A stretch of DNA of 64,000 nt, from positions 1-64,000 of the forward strand of contig RHPI01001831.1 of NCBI GenBank assembly GCA_009103225.1. Reading direction: 5' to 3'. Below the pieces are notes generated by a model that saw only the letters and a list, made by a program, of their open reading frames with translations, did no database searches and had not been told where the DNA came from. The stretch comes from Chlorokybus atmophyticus (taxonomy: Eukaryota; Plantae; Mesostigma and Chlorokybus algae). Below, piece by piece: positions 35,408 to 48,472 of the stretch. The translations under genes were made by a program, and so were the position numbers. The stretch's first letter is position 1. Each line of letters starts with the position of its first letter.

Positions 35408-36232
35408 TGTAACGGGAGCAAATATAATAGGGGTATTATTGCTACCTTAATAACATATTATGTGTAGATAAATACATGTAAATGCTTATTTATACCTCTT
35501 TTCTACGGTTCCTCGCTTATGAAAGCTTATAATACTTTTATTATAGCCTTGATAAGTCCCAATGGGTGTAGAATCGCCTATTTAAGCTTATTTAGGGTCG
35601 CATATCATATGCGATCACTACAGCCAGATTTTGCGATAGGTACCTTATCATTAAATACCTTATCGTTGGATATCAGAGCTCTTATTGGCTCACGCTAGAT
35701 TTCTAACGGCTATCCTATTTATAGGGGTGATATCTTGTTGTGTATCCGATATCATCCGATATGTGATACATTCTTGATATATAAGAGAGATATAAGGTCT
35801 CATCAACTGATGAGACCTCATTCAGTTCTCTGCCATCTGCAGCGTCATGCTGCCGGGGGCGTGACAGGCTTGTCATTGGAAATGTGCAAATTGGGGTAGA
35901 GGATTGAAGGGACGGCGGCCTCATAGGCGCCGTGGTTGTTACACCAACACCATTACCAGCCACGCCGCCGGCCCACACCGCCGCTGCCGGGGCAACTGCC
36001 AGAGCAAAAGATGCTCTGGCTATGGCGGCAGCTGCATTAGCAGCGCCGCAATGCGGCTGATATCGATGTGAGACATGAGTCTCACATCGATATCAGTGCT
36101 AGCGATAAGCTAACACTACATTAAGGCCATAAAGGCCCTAATACGGCTAAATTGGCTGTTTATTACCCGTTGGGACTCTTATTTCCAATTCAATCAGGGC
36201 GGGGATCTGCATAGCGGTAGCACTCCGTTACA
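35408..36232 (+). repeat. Chromovirus 3' LTR
   Basis: Follows a purine-rich tract, and TGTAACGG...CCGTTACA form an 8-bp terminal inverted repeat. No second LTR is in the window to confirm the end. Confidence 0.75.
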
Positions 36233-36559
36233 AGATACGACAGATAAAAGACAGACCATACGACTAGGTATAAATTGTGGTCTTCTCTAATCCGGCCAAA
36301 CTATGATAGGTCATGACCAGACCATGGCGGTCCCTTATAAATGCTAGACCTACGTGTTAAACAGGAACTTTGCCAGCACCTTTGCTGGCCAAGTTTCTGT
36401 TTAGCATAGTGCATGTTTGAGTATGCATGTGTGTGTGTGTCTGCATGTGTTGGCATAAACAAACCTGCGTGTGTGCCACTGCATGCTTTTGTGTATGCAG
36501 TTGCGTGTGCATTTGTGCATGCGTGCTCAAGCTGTTTTCCTGAAACCGCTTAAAATCTT

Positions 36560-37940
36560 CTCAAGAGTTATAGACATGATAAAGGGCTTTGCAGTTATTT
36601 GCATGAACTTGATCGTGATGATAGCAGCGCTGGGTGACTCCATGAGCCATCAAAAGAACTTTGACCTGCACCGCTGTTTCCAGGACCTGAAGCAGCGGAC
36701 GTTGAAATGCTGTGCAACAGGAGGGTTGCATGTGAGTGCTATTAGCTCTCTGCAGCCGCTACAAAGAGCTGAGCTGTGAGTGTTATAACTAACATACTTG
36801 CATGAGGTGCATGATGTGTGGTGCTAACATAAACGGGGTGATGCCACGCCATGGCAATTGGTGGTCGACGCGAGCTTTCTTCAGAAGGTCAGGGTTCATG
36901 CGGGACGAATGCCCATGGAGCAGGAGCAGCACAGGTTGATTAACACTGCAGCCTCTTGGTGTGTGGTCGACGAAGAATTGGTCCACTCAGCGAAGATGTT
37001 CAAGGTCATGTATGTTCTTTACATCCTCATTATGTTACTTGGTGGTGCCTCCTGTATATAGTTGTCTGTAAGCTGCTTACTATTGAGGATGTACAAGGGT
37101 GGCATGGCTTACCCTGCAGCGTTCACACACTCCATCACAAACATGTGCTCCCTAATGCCAACTCGATTGTAATAAGGGTTCTTGTAACCCTTCTTGCATA
37201 TACATAACAGTCACCGTTCCTGCAAGGTGAGGGTAAGATGTCAGCAAGGCCAACGATCATTAAGCATACTGTGGTTGACAGACCCTCCAGGAGGACTGAC
37301 CCAAGTTGTCTGGCTCAAAGCTAGTTTCATTTACGTTATATACGCGATACGAAGGGTCTCGAATGTCAAGCTCCTCCAGCGGTAACTTTTGAGCATACAA
37401 GTTAAGAAATGACTTCACGTTGTCATGCGTGAATGCTTGCCACCTTCTCATGTCTAACCCTTCTGCAACACGTGTTGCCAATTGGTGTATTTACAGTCTC
37501 AACCACTTGTTCCCATTACAACCAGATGCTTTAAAGCGCTTGTTGCAATCATCATTAAGACTCCGCATCGTCTCAATGTGTGGGACAGCCTTCTCCCCCG
37601 GACCCGTACACACAAAAATACTATAATACATGCGTCATATTGTTGAACACACATGCACACCCACACAGTTGCACACATGCACGCACCATTAAAAACAAGG
37701 CAGGCCTGGTGACATCATAGATTGTTTGGACATCCACTGGACCCACGTGTATATGACTAACTCTTCTTCCTCTACTTTTGTCAGCACAAGTTGTCTTCCG
37801 ACTCTGAAAACAACTTGTGAAAGTGTTAAAACTGCGAGGGACTTGCTGCTTGTCCGAGATAGTAGTTATATAAGGTGGACAATGCCATGCTGCTCCGCTG
37901 CCTCCCTGATGATTGCCCCAACCTTTACGTCATCTACAAC
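36560..37940 (-). pseudogene. Degenerate Fot1/pogo-like transposase related to 8232-10537
   Basis: IREAAEQHG (psq-like HTH), GRQLVLTKVEEEEL, RVAEGLDMRR, VYNVNETSFEPD, PVLLLLHGHSSR and FMLAPHIMHLMQ. Multiple stops are present and no TIRs were identified. Confidence 0.75.
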
Positions 37941-39199
37941 CACATCCGTTTTCAAGGGTTTGGGTTAGGGTTTATGATTATGCCACGGCCATTGTGATCA
38001 ATGTAGCGCATGCCGGCGCGCTTGGTAAGTCCCACAACCTGCCCTAAAGCCCTCTTGCTGCGATGCCTGAGCCTTTTAAGCATGCACGGTGCTGAAGGTG
38101 TGTTGGTGGAGCACATGCTCTCATGAGGGGTAGACTCCACACACACACGCAGTCAGGCTATGGGTTGATAATGATAAGACACCCCCTCAGCCCTTAGTCT
38201 GACTGCACATCAGGCTAATGCTAGTCATGCATGAAGAATGCAGAGTATAGGCGCTAGGAACATAGCATGCAATGCAGCCAGCAACAAGGCATTGTGTGAA
38301 CGTGCCATGGATATATGTGTGCGCAGCCTTGCATGTAATGCCGGTTAATGTGGCATAGGCTAAGAAGGGCTTATGAAGCAGTAATAAGCAATACACAACC
38401 TCTCATGGTAGCGACCATGGCCTAGTCGGCTACTAGCCTATGTAACGCGGGGCTTACTAAGCCCCGCGCTACTTTGGTAAGCGGAGCTCTCATGGTCGCG
38501 GGATCAAATCCCACTGGGCGCAAAATGCGCGCGAGTGGTAGTTTGTCGGCGACCGTCGGAAACGATCAAAGGCAGTTGGTATGATCGGTTAACAATAAAC
38601 TGTGAGGTGAAGTTGAATGAGAGGGTCTTTACACCTAAGGTACGAGCCTCGCGGTTATCAGACGTGGCGGCGCTTTTCGTTCTAACCTAACAGAGGCACC
38701 GGTTACACTAGTCGATTAGGCCGCCGGTTAGCATCGAGCTGCTTAACCTCGATGCCAGCGTGGCTATTCGTCTACGATGCATTGCAATGCATATCAACTT
38801 TTCCTAAACCACCTCTCGAGCGGCTTTAGAAAATGTTAAGGGGGCCGCGGCAATTGCGATCGCGTCTGAGTGGACGACAAAGATTGAGCTGATACTCGCG
38901 CCTTTTGTCGTTTATTTCAAACATGCCGGCGCTGGGGGTTCAGAAGGACTGCGACGGCGGAGATGGCAGGGCAGGCGGCGGTGGTGGTGGAGGCGGTGGC
39001 ATTGCGAGGTGGTTTGTTGTGTTGCTTGCTATGGACGCTCAGCACTGCAAGCTAGTCAGCCCACTGCTGCACCAGGTAGACTGCATTATGCTGCGTCCAC
39101 GTCACCGGATGTAACCCTTGATGGCTATTAGGCGCAGCGAGCGCATGAGCTACTGCAGCACATCCCTCCCAACCCAGCCACAGGACCTCGTCTGGTGCA

Positions 39200-39880
39200 G
39201 GTGTGATTGCATGTGCGTGCAAGCGTGCGTGCGTGTGTGTTCATGCGTATGTGTGTGTGTGTTTGTGCATGTGTGCGTGCGCGCATGCGTGCATGCGTGA
39301 GTGTGATTGCATATGTGTGTCTGTGTGTGTGCGTGTGTGTGAGAGTGCGATTGCATATGTGAGTGCGTGCGTGTATGTGCAGTGCAGTGCAGTGCAGTGC
39401 AGTCGAGTGCAGTGCAGTGCAGTGTGTGCGTGCGTGCGTGAGTGTGATTGCATATGTGTGTCTGTGTGTCTGTGTGTGTGCGTGTGTGTGAGAGTGCGAT
39501 TGCATATGTGAGTGCGTGCATGTATGTGCAGTGCATGCGTGCGTGCATAAGTGTGATTGCATATGTGTGTCTGTGTGTGTGCGTGTGTGTGAGAGTGCGA
39601 TTGCATATGTGAGTGCGTGCGTGTATGTGCAGTGCAGTGCAGTGCAGTGAGAGTGTGATTGCATATGTGTGTCTGTGTGTGTGCGTGTGTGTGAGAGTGC
39701 GATTGCATATGTGAGCGCAAGCGTGTATGTGCAGTGCAGTGCAGTGCAGTGCAGTGCAGTCAGTGCGTGCGTGCGAGAGTGTGATTGTACTTGTGAGTGT
39801 GTGCGTGTGTGTGAGAGTATAGTTGCAGATGTGAGTGCGTGCGTGTGTGTGTGAGTGTGATTGCATGCATGTGTGCGTAG
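39200..39880. repeat. GT-rich minisatellite with variable (CAGTG)n units inside the Harbinger element
   Basis: GTGTGATTGCATATGTG and GAGAGTGCGATTGCATATGTGAG recur every 100-140 bp. Confidence 0.9.
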
Positions 39881-39945
39881 TTCAGTTCATGCATCACTCA
39901 GTGGCGTGATTGTGATCTGCAGATGAGTCCATCCCAGCACCCGCG

Positions 39946-41326
39946 ATGTCTAGGCCAGAAGCACGCCCCGACTCGCCACCCAGCACCGTGCCGACTGAGC
40001 CCACTCCGGCTCAAGAGTCCCCGGGGCACTCCAAAACTGCCCCAGTGCATTGCCTAACGCCTGAGCATGGTGCGCGAAGTGCCCCTTCCAAGAAGAAGAA
40101 GACCACGCCTGCAGCAGCAGGTACACGTGTGTGCACAGACTGGATGAGCTTGCGTGCTGCATGCATGTGCCAGAATGTGCACGTGTGCACAGTGCGAGTA
40201 TGCTTGTGTGCTGTGCTGTATGTGTGTGTAGAGTCAAGCAATCCGTGCATGTGTGTGCATGGTGATACAATAACTGTGCGTGTGTGTGCACAGTCAAACT
40301 CTGCTAGCGTGCATGTGTGTGCACACTCACAGCACCTGCATGCACGTGCACAGTCAGTGTTGAAGTTTGTACATGTGCATGGCTAGAGGCTGTGCGCGTG
40401 CAGGTGTGTAGAATGATAGTAGGTGCTTGCATCACTGCCTGGCGTATACTGTGCAGGCAAAAAGCGTGCAGGGACGTGGAGTGCAGCGGAGAGCGTTTGG
40501 TTAATTGCTGCACACAAGGAGTCCCACGAGAAGTGGGCCACCGGCGTCTACCAAGCAAGCAAGAACAAGACCTTGATGTGGAAGGAGATCGCAGCAGCTG
40601 CATCCAAGCTTGCCGAGGCAGCCAATGGGGTGTTCGAGCGCACACCCACCCGTGCGATGATAGGTCAGCCACTTGCTGGTTGTAGTGTGCATGTGAACGT
40701 ATGTATGCAGCCAGGGTTCGTGTATGTGAGTGGGTCGTGCGCCTTGCTAACATGTGCATGGGCTACAGGTGGAGCAACATGAGATTGCAATACTATGAGA
40801 TCCGTCGCTTTGCTAGGCGGTCAGGCGCACCCGACTACTACTTCAGCCTTGAGGTAGATCACAAGAAGGAGTGGGAAGTGCCCAACAACTTGCTGGGCAA
40901 CAACATCCGTGTGTACGAGTTGATGGAGGACGCGTTGGGCAGCACCGCAGCTGCAGAGCCACCTCTTTCACCGCCGGGGGAGGCGAGCAGGAGCCATCAA
41001 AGACTTGCCAAGGTATGTCCATGTTGTCAAGCAAGGCTGTGTCACACTTGGCAATTACTGCATGCTTACGTTGTGCTATTCTGGTAGATGAGACTGCTGG
41101 CACCACGGGTAAGAAGCGCAAGGCCAAGGTCTCTTCCATCAGTGACGTGATCAACCGCCAGTGTGAGCAGCAGGAACGCATGGCAGCGGAGCGCGCCGAA
41201 AAGGAGGCAGCTGCCAAGTAGGTAGAGCTAGCAGCACTCAAGGAAGAGGGGGATAAGCAGTGCTCAGCTATCCTAGGTCTAGGAAAAATGCTGAGTGAGG
41301 CTATTATGACATTGCGTTCCGCTTGA
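39946..41326 (+). CDS. Harbinger Myb/SANT (trihelix-like) DNA-binding protein, multi-exon, one in-frame stop (41219-41221)
   Basis: TWSAAESVWLI..KTLMWKEIA..ERTP..RWSNMRLQY..RSGAPDYYFSL, then a coiled-coil tail. GT-AG introns are visible. Confidence 0.75.
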
Positions 41327-41430
41327 GGGCATGTTGTAGCCAAATCATGCATTATGTTTATATAGCAGGGAACAATGATACAAGTAGGGTTAGTATTGTA
41401 ATGTGATAGCAATTCTTACTACATGAATTG

Positions 41431-42745
41431 TTACGCTAGTAGGTCTCTGACCAAGCTATCACTGTTGTCCAGGTTGTCATTGTCTGCTGTAGCATGAAGG
41501 GACATGTCTCTATCAGCATCCAGCACATAGTCCAAAGGCTCCTCCCCTGCTATAACACAGAAGTTGTGAAGTACACAACATGCACTAATAACATAAGGCG
41601 CAGATAACATGTCGCTACTGATAGTATCCTTCAAAATGCGCCACCTGCTTTTTAGCACCCCGAACGCTCGTTCAACAGCCATGCATGCGAACGAGTGGCG
41701 GAAATTAGAAAAACGCTGCCACTCAGGTGAAGCATCACGCTGTCCAGGGTAGAGCACGATCAGGTGTTGAGTTAACGGATATGCAGCATCACCGAAAATG
41801 TAAGGGGTCACACGATCACCAAAGTTGTGTCAGGATGGGCTCTTGCATGGTGGTCTTGTCTTGGTAGATGGATCGATACAACCCGGAACTGCTGAACACC
41901 CTTGCATCATGCACACTGCCGGGCCAGGCGATGTCGATATGGGTGAAATGCAGGTCGTAATCAACCACGGCCTGCAGCACGCATGCAATTTTATGTACGA
42001 CACAACTTGTGGCGACACAATGCATGGGTCATACTTGCACAGGTTGCATGAATTGGTACGGGCTTACGTGAAAGATGATGGAGTAGCTGCCTTTGCGGTT
42101 GAAGTAATCAGCAGAATGTGGAGTAGTCGGCTTTTTGATCATAATGTGATGGCCATTTATGGCGTCTACGCAGCCTGGGAACCCTTTGCCCTCCCAACGC
42201 GCCATCACTTGCCTCAAGCGCGCACCCTCCGGCCATGCTATTAAGGCACGCAGCTCTGCATTGACAACTTGCCCAAACTGCTCACAAATCTGGCAAGCAC
42301 TAGCAGTGCTTACGCCCATCAACTCACCTAGCACATGATAAGGGGTACCATGTCCAAGCCTATGCAATCCTATGGCAACCCGCTTATGCAAAGGTATCGC
42401 TTCTCCAAAGCGTGTGTCGGTTTAACAGAACTCAATGTTAGATATACCTGGCACAATGCATTGAACGAAACTGCACTCAAATGAAAGTGAGTGTTCCACA
42501 TAGCGTCAGGCCGATGTACAGACACGACTCTATCCAACCACGCTTGTTTCCGCGGAAAGCAATACCAAATGCTGAAATGCTCTCACATCGTAGCAACAGC
42601 CGCCCATGCAGTGCTTGTGGAGTGCATGTCCTCTCCATCTGCTGGCAATGATAGCCAACGCTGACGCCGCTTGGTGACTGGTCAACGCCTGCCTGATTGT
42701 GGCGATCAGCGCCCCAATAATGGCCAGTAACATGCCTCGCATTAC
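41431..42745 (-). pseudogene. Harbinger (HARBI1-like, DDE_Tnp_4) nuclease, degenerate
   Basis: KRVAIGLHRLGHG, FPGCVDAINGHHI, YFNRKGSYSI, WPGSVHDARVF, FGDAAYP, VERAFGVLKSRWRIL and ACCVLHNFC. Stops and frameshifts are present. Confidence 0.9.
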
Positions 42746-44241
42746 TGCTGCTGCTGGAGCATCCATTGCGACTCTGCACACACAAAAGCTAATTGGACTA
42801 ACTGAACAGCAACACACGCACACGCACAGGTCGGCTCTGCACACACATGCATATGCCAACTCCCACTGTGCATGCGCGAGCACGCCCCCCCNCCCACACA
42901 CAGTCTTTACGCTCACACACACGCACTCACTCGGCACACACATGCAAACACACGCACGGAGTCCGTCTCTGCACACACTGAGAACCAACACACACTGGCA
43001 CATACATGCACGCTGACTCTGATTCTGCACACACGACAAATCCAGCGCTCACGCACACATATGGACACGTACACATGCCTACCTGCCGTCGCCGACTTGC
43101 AAGCAGCTGCCCCCACTCACATGCTGCCCCCGGCCGCCGCCGCCGCCACCCACCACGCCGCCTTCCAGGCCGCCTCGGCCGCCTCGGCCGCCTCCAATGT
43201 GAGCAAACCCTACACTACTATCGCGGGAAATGATATAAACTTTTGTTAATCTGACTGCCAAAAACATAGTCTGAACCCGGCAGTAAGATTAAGGGGGACG
43301 ATTGCTTAACCTGTGCTAACGTGGCAAGGTTAGGCGCTGCTAACCTTCGCACCTTTAACCTTAGATGTAAAGACCCTCTCAGAGTCGGCGCAGTCAAGGC
43401 AGGGTCGCGCCTGCGTGCGGCAACGTAGCAAGTCGCCGCGGATAAATACGCGACATGACCGGTTATGGCTGGACGCGAGCAAGCCGTGCCGGTCAAAAAG
43501 GACCAAGATGTGCAGGTAAAATCGCCGTAAAAGGCAGGTTGAATGTAATGGTTAATGTGGCATATGTTAAGAAGGGCTTACGAAGCATTAATAAGCAAAA
43601 CACAACCTCTCATGGTAGCGATTTTCGGTTGTGGACTAGTCGGTTGAGCCCCGTGTTACATGGCACGTGCATGCCTCGTCACTTTAAGAAAACCATTCTG
43701 TGTTCACTGCTGCGCGTGTAACCACCATGTCACTCAAAGCATACCTGGTACATTCAGTGTGACTGCTAACACCTCCCCCTCTTCCAAAACACCTTTTACC
43801 CCCTCACACAACATAATGTACTGCAATTGCACTCGCATTTATGGCAACCAACCCTATTTCGGATGGCTCAAATCCAACCCACGGATTGCCGGCATTAGAT
43901 TACGATTATGAAGATGAATTTAAATACACCAAGTTATGGGCATCTAGAACACAACCATGGCTACACTTGGAGCATGAGCACTGCCCAATAATTAACCAAA
44001 CTTTGTTGATATAGATATATAGTTAAAAGTCAATCCAACCATGCACGCACAATTGCCACCCACTGCTTGACAGGCTCCAATAGAGTTAATTCCCAACAGA
44101 ATGAGCTGCACTTACATTTTCAATTGTTAACACCATTGGTCCCATGGATAACACCTACACACCGTATAATACCATTAGCCGCCAACACAGTGTACTAGGC
44201 ACGTCAAAGTAGGCTGTAGCAGATATTGTCCAAAAATGGGC

Positions 44242-44640
44242 TGTTGAAATCTGGACAAACTACCACATTTGCATGGAGCTGGTGCAAGCACTGATACACA
44301 CACATGCTAAACCATGAGCATAAGCACGCACAACAAGCTTTTATTACCATGAGTTCACGGGCTTTTGTACCTCGCAAGTTTCTACACACGTTTACTCCAG
44401 CAAGCACCACGTAAGCTTTACTCAGCTATACTGAGCTAAATGCGGCGCTGTAAGTCTTGACACATAGCTAGCTTCACACGCTTTCCAGCAAGCCATGCCA
44501 CGCGCCATCAGACCAATACACACGGAGTTCTTGCCATCCTTCTGGAACTCTGAGCTGCGCTAGACTTAGCCAAGTCCGGGGTCTTCGGGCTTGCTCACAC
44601 TCCGTTGCACACTGTCCAGATATCTGCCATTGGACTTACA
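44242..44640 (-). mobile_element. Diverged LTR of the same Copia LTR family as 23775-24281 and 29442-29898
   Basis: The reverse complement contains GGCAAGAACTCCGTGTGT (identical to about 23995-24012), GCGTGGC..GCTTG.TGGAAAGC and GCTGAGTA, and ends TTCAACA. The start is approximate. Confidence 0.65.
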
Positions 44641-46418
44641 ACTGCTCAATATCAATCCTTTTACCATAACCACTAGTACACTAAGGACTTAGCCATGTTA
44701 GGCTGACCGAACTTGTCCATGATATGCACTCAACAGTGCAACTATGCAAGCCAACTTCCAACATGGGCATTTGTCCAAATCTGGTACGTTTACCCTAAAT
44801 GCAACCTCAACGCTTACCAAAGTCATCATGATGTTTCATCTTGCATGTTGTTGTGCTCAAGAACCTTACATAATAGACACAAGAGCTGCGCAAAGCACAC
44901 TATATCAGATAGAAATGAATGTGTGCACAGCAGCAAGCACATCAACCAGCACAGAAAACACACTCAATTAGGCAAGGGCTAAGGCAGAGCTATCCAACAC
45001 AACGCCAACACTTAGACTAGCTATGACACCTGTTGAGGCAAACAACTTTTGAGTTGCACCAGAAGTTATAATTATAATGCTGTGACTTACCTAACTGGCA
45101 GTTAGAACTGATGATTGTCGCTGGAGGGTTGTGGGGTGATTAGCAGTAGCAGAAATTGTGGCTTAAGCTACAATCCCGACAGTATAGGAAACCCGTATGG
45201 CAATTTGTTGTAAATTAGACCATAAGAGGGCAACATAAGCTTTTCGGCCGGATGTTGTGAATGTAATTTTAAGAGAAATATGTTAATGCAGGGAGTGTAT
45301 AAGCGACTTGCCTATCTGTGGCTTCGTGCATATTATTTGCCTTCAATCACGTTTCTTCAATAAAGACGCGCGTGATTAAAAATGCAGCACGCTTGTGACG
45401 ATCGAATGTTTTGATAGTTGCGCGACACACTGCTGAGCAGCGTTGATGATAAACACCACAACGAATAAAACAACAAACAAAGCCAAGCTCTAGCATCACA
45501 TTAAACTTCATTTCATTTCATTGTTTTTAACCCTAGCATGAGGCAACCCTGGTGAGCCTCACTATGCTGGCAGCACAATGAATCATTAATAATGATGGGT
45601 TGCCTTCGAGAACCCATCACACAGCCTCAGTTGCACAATCATCACCATCTCCCACCGCAGACTTTCAACCCTCACTCTCGCCTAGGTTGTATGCTCGTCA
45701 GCAGCGTTTCAGGGGTGCGCGGGGCAGGCGGGCGGTGGTAACGCTTGTGTTGTTGCGGTGGTGGTCAAACGCGTGGGTGTGTCAGGTGTTGTAACGAGGA
45801 GTGTCTGGTCGCTGTGTGTAGCAGCCGTAAGTTGCTGTAAGGTTGGTGTGGTTGCTGCCTTGGGAGCGGCATCTTGTTACCCGCAACTACAGTGCGTCGG
45901 TTGGCGGAGGGTGCCAGCTACGAGAGGAGGCAGCCGAGGCGGGACAAGGTGATAGCTGCAGCTGCTTGCAAGCAGGTTTCGCTTTGCCTGCACTTGTGGC
46001 GATATGCGCACGTTGTCTGTATTTGTGTGTGTACACATCAACAGAGTGATGCTGTGCCAGTATACCAGCTGCGTTGTAGCTATTATGGCACCACTATCAT
46101 CGCACATGTTGACTGTGGTGAAGGACCGTCGCCAGGAGAATGCATGAAGCACCCTACAGTTGCTCAGCTTGGCTTGTAGGTCTTTCCCGCCTTCCGCTCA
46201 CTCTGGCTGAACTATCAGATTATCAAACTATCATCGCAGACTAGCAGATCTCCAGACTATTAGAGAAATATCGCACCAGTATCATCAGCACGCGTTGACT
46301 GTGAGAAAGGGCATCGTCTCTAGGACAACGCATGAAGCACTTGACAGTCGCTCAGCTTGCCTGTAGGTCTGGCCCGCCTTCAGCTCACACTCTTAATCTG
46401 CTTGGCAGCACCAACACA

Positions 46419-48082
46419 ATGCAAGTACCACCGCCAAAACCACCAAGCCTTGAACGGCTGACGGGCCATGGCAACGAAGTTGTAGTCAAGTATGCCCGCT
46501 TGGCTATGGTTGCATTGACTACTCTGTCATTGGACGTGCTTCCTGACAACCCTGCAACGGACTTGCCTGCAACAGAACTGTTGGACAAATTACGGGAACA
46601 TCATTTGCAGCTGCTAGATGACAGCCCAAGCCGTGCTAGTCTGCGCGACATTGTGCGCAACCTTGTGTTTGCAACAAGGCTGGCGGACTTGACAGAGTTT
46701 AGCGCAGTCCAGCGCTTGGGAGATGCTACCGTCGTTGACCAGCAAGTGGAAGAAGATGTTGGGGACGATGTGCAAGGTGTCACATGTGCGCCTGCTGGTG
46801 CGCCCACTGCACAAGCTGAGGTGTGCCAATTTTCCGTTTTCTTTTTTTTCCGATTTCTCGTATTTGTTTTGTGACCATCTGTGCAATGCTTCTCCTAGTG
46901 CTTGATGCTGGCGTTGTCCTCTTGACTAGAAAGCTGCTGCTCACTAAGCTTGGGAAACGCTCTTGTTGTTGATCAGCAGGTTGGGGAAGGTGTCGGGCAT
47001 GATGTGCAAGGTGTTGAACGCGCGCCTGCTGGTGCTCCCAGCACTGCACACGCTGAGGTGTGTTAGCTAGTCTCTGTGCATTGTTCTGATTTGACTCGTC
47101 CTAGTACTCAATGCTAGAGATGTCTCAACTAGCAATCCAGTGCTCACTAAATCGTGTGTCAACTCAAACAATTTACAACTTGTGACCTGGTGTGCAGGAG
47201 TCTTGTCAGCAAGCTGAGTTGAAAGCAACAAGGCATGTGGTCGGCAGCTTCAAGCGCCTAGGCGCCGGCAGCTTTGCCACTGTGTTTGCTAGTGAACACT
47301 ACGGTGCTGGTGTTATCAAGCAAGTCCACGATCCAGCACAGGCCATGACGATCTTGCAGGAGCACAGAGATCTCGAGCTGATTGCCGCCATATGCAAGAC
47401 CCGAGAGCATCTGTTCCACGTGCCTCAGCCATATGGCGGCTACAACAGCTATCGTAGCCTTGTGAAAGCCATGAACATTCCTCAACACCTTGACTTGGGG
47501 CTGTCACCTCATGCACTGTACGTGATGCAGCGCATGTGGCCGGTGCCACTGAACTTCGGCTTTGCAATCCGTGAGAAGTATTTCCCTGAGGCTGAGAAGC
47601 AGAAACCTTTGCCAGCATTCTTGGCGCGCCTATATCTAGGCAGAGCAAAGAGCCAAGCCAGCAGACGGTTTTTCAGCTGTGAGAATTTTCCTCTTACTGC
47701 CGATCGCATTGAAGGACTGGGCTTGCCGGCAGCTAGGATTGCTGCAGGCATGGGTCAGCTGCTGTCGTGCATCAATTTTGAGGTTGGTCGAGACGGACGC
47801 GACATCGAGTTTGTCTTGTGCAGCAATCCCAACAATCCCTTCAGCACAGAGCCTTGGTACGGTTGCATCGACTTCAATCAGCTGCGGGCGCACAGTGATG
47901 ACGTTGATGTCATTGTGGAGAGCATCACAATCAACGATCCCTATTATCCAAGGCCTACATCACCTTACTGGCAAGACTTTTGTTGTGCATATCTTGCTGG
48001 TGCCTTCCAAGTCTCTTCGCCAGCTGGCAACTTGGCCACTGCCGTGATCAACAAGCTGATGGAGCGCTGGGGTGGGAAGTAA
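46419..48082 (+). CDS. Kinase-like protein of fungal DUF3669 type, paralogue 2
   Basis: Exon 46419-46820, possible cassette exon 46977-47057, main exon 47198-48082. Motifs LGAGSFATVF, VIKQV, DGRDIEFVL, IDFNQ and NDPYYPRP; long identical stretches with 13437-14267. Confidence 0.72.
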
Positions 48083-48169
48083 CATGAAGGTGCGCAACCT
48101 GGCCTTGCCATCAACACGTAATGCGCTTGTTCAAACCAATCTGGCTGCCCTTCTTGGGAGCAAGGGGGG

Positions 48170-48472
48170 TATACCTGGCACAATGCATTGAACGAAACTG
48201 CACTCAAATGAAAGTGAGTGTTCCACATAGCGTCAGGCCGATGTACAGACACGACTCTATCCAACCACGCTTGTTTCCGCGGAAAGCAATACCAAATGCT
48301 GAAATGCTCTCACATCGTAGCAACAGCCGCCCATGCAGTGCTTGTGGAGTGCATGTCCTCTCCATCTGCTGGCAATGATAGCCAACGCTGACGCCGCTTG
48401 GTGACTGGTCAACGCCTGCCTGATTGTGGCGATCAGCGCCCCAATAATGGCCAGTAACATGCCTCGCATTAC
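48170..48472. repeat. 303-bp apparently exact copy of 42443-42745 (Harbinger nuclease 5' part), ending at an N
   Basis: Read base by base from TATACCTGGCAC to CCTCGCATTAC; N at 48473. Confidence 0.9.

Larger units (their letters stand above)
27166..36232 (+). mobile_element. Chromovirus (Ty3/Gypsy), 5'-truncated, interrupted by two insertions
   Basis: Protease, RT, RNase H, integrase, GPY/F-type region ([13 protein letters not shown]), chromodomain, PPT (about 35395-35407) and 3' LTR. Confidence 0.88.
38621..43378. mobile_element. PIF/Harbinger DNA transposon
   Basis: TIRs GAGGGTCTTTACACCTAAGGT (38621) and ACCTTAGATGTAAAGACCCTC (ending 43378), flanked by TGA and TCA (TNA-like, one mismatch). 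It contains convergent Myb-like and DDE nuclease genes. Confidence 0.85.

Noticed and set aside
43760-45000. DIRS or LINE relic around the LTR at 44242
   Set aside because: There are short open stretches but no diagnostic motif I can defend.
46419-46700. Zn-dependent phospholipase C/P1 nuclease domain N-terminal to the kinase
   Set aside because: The GH..V motif is suggestive only, and the putative downstream Asp is not conserved in paralogue 1.
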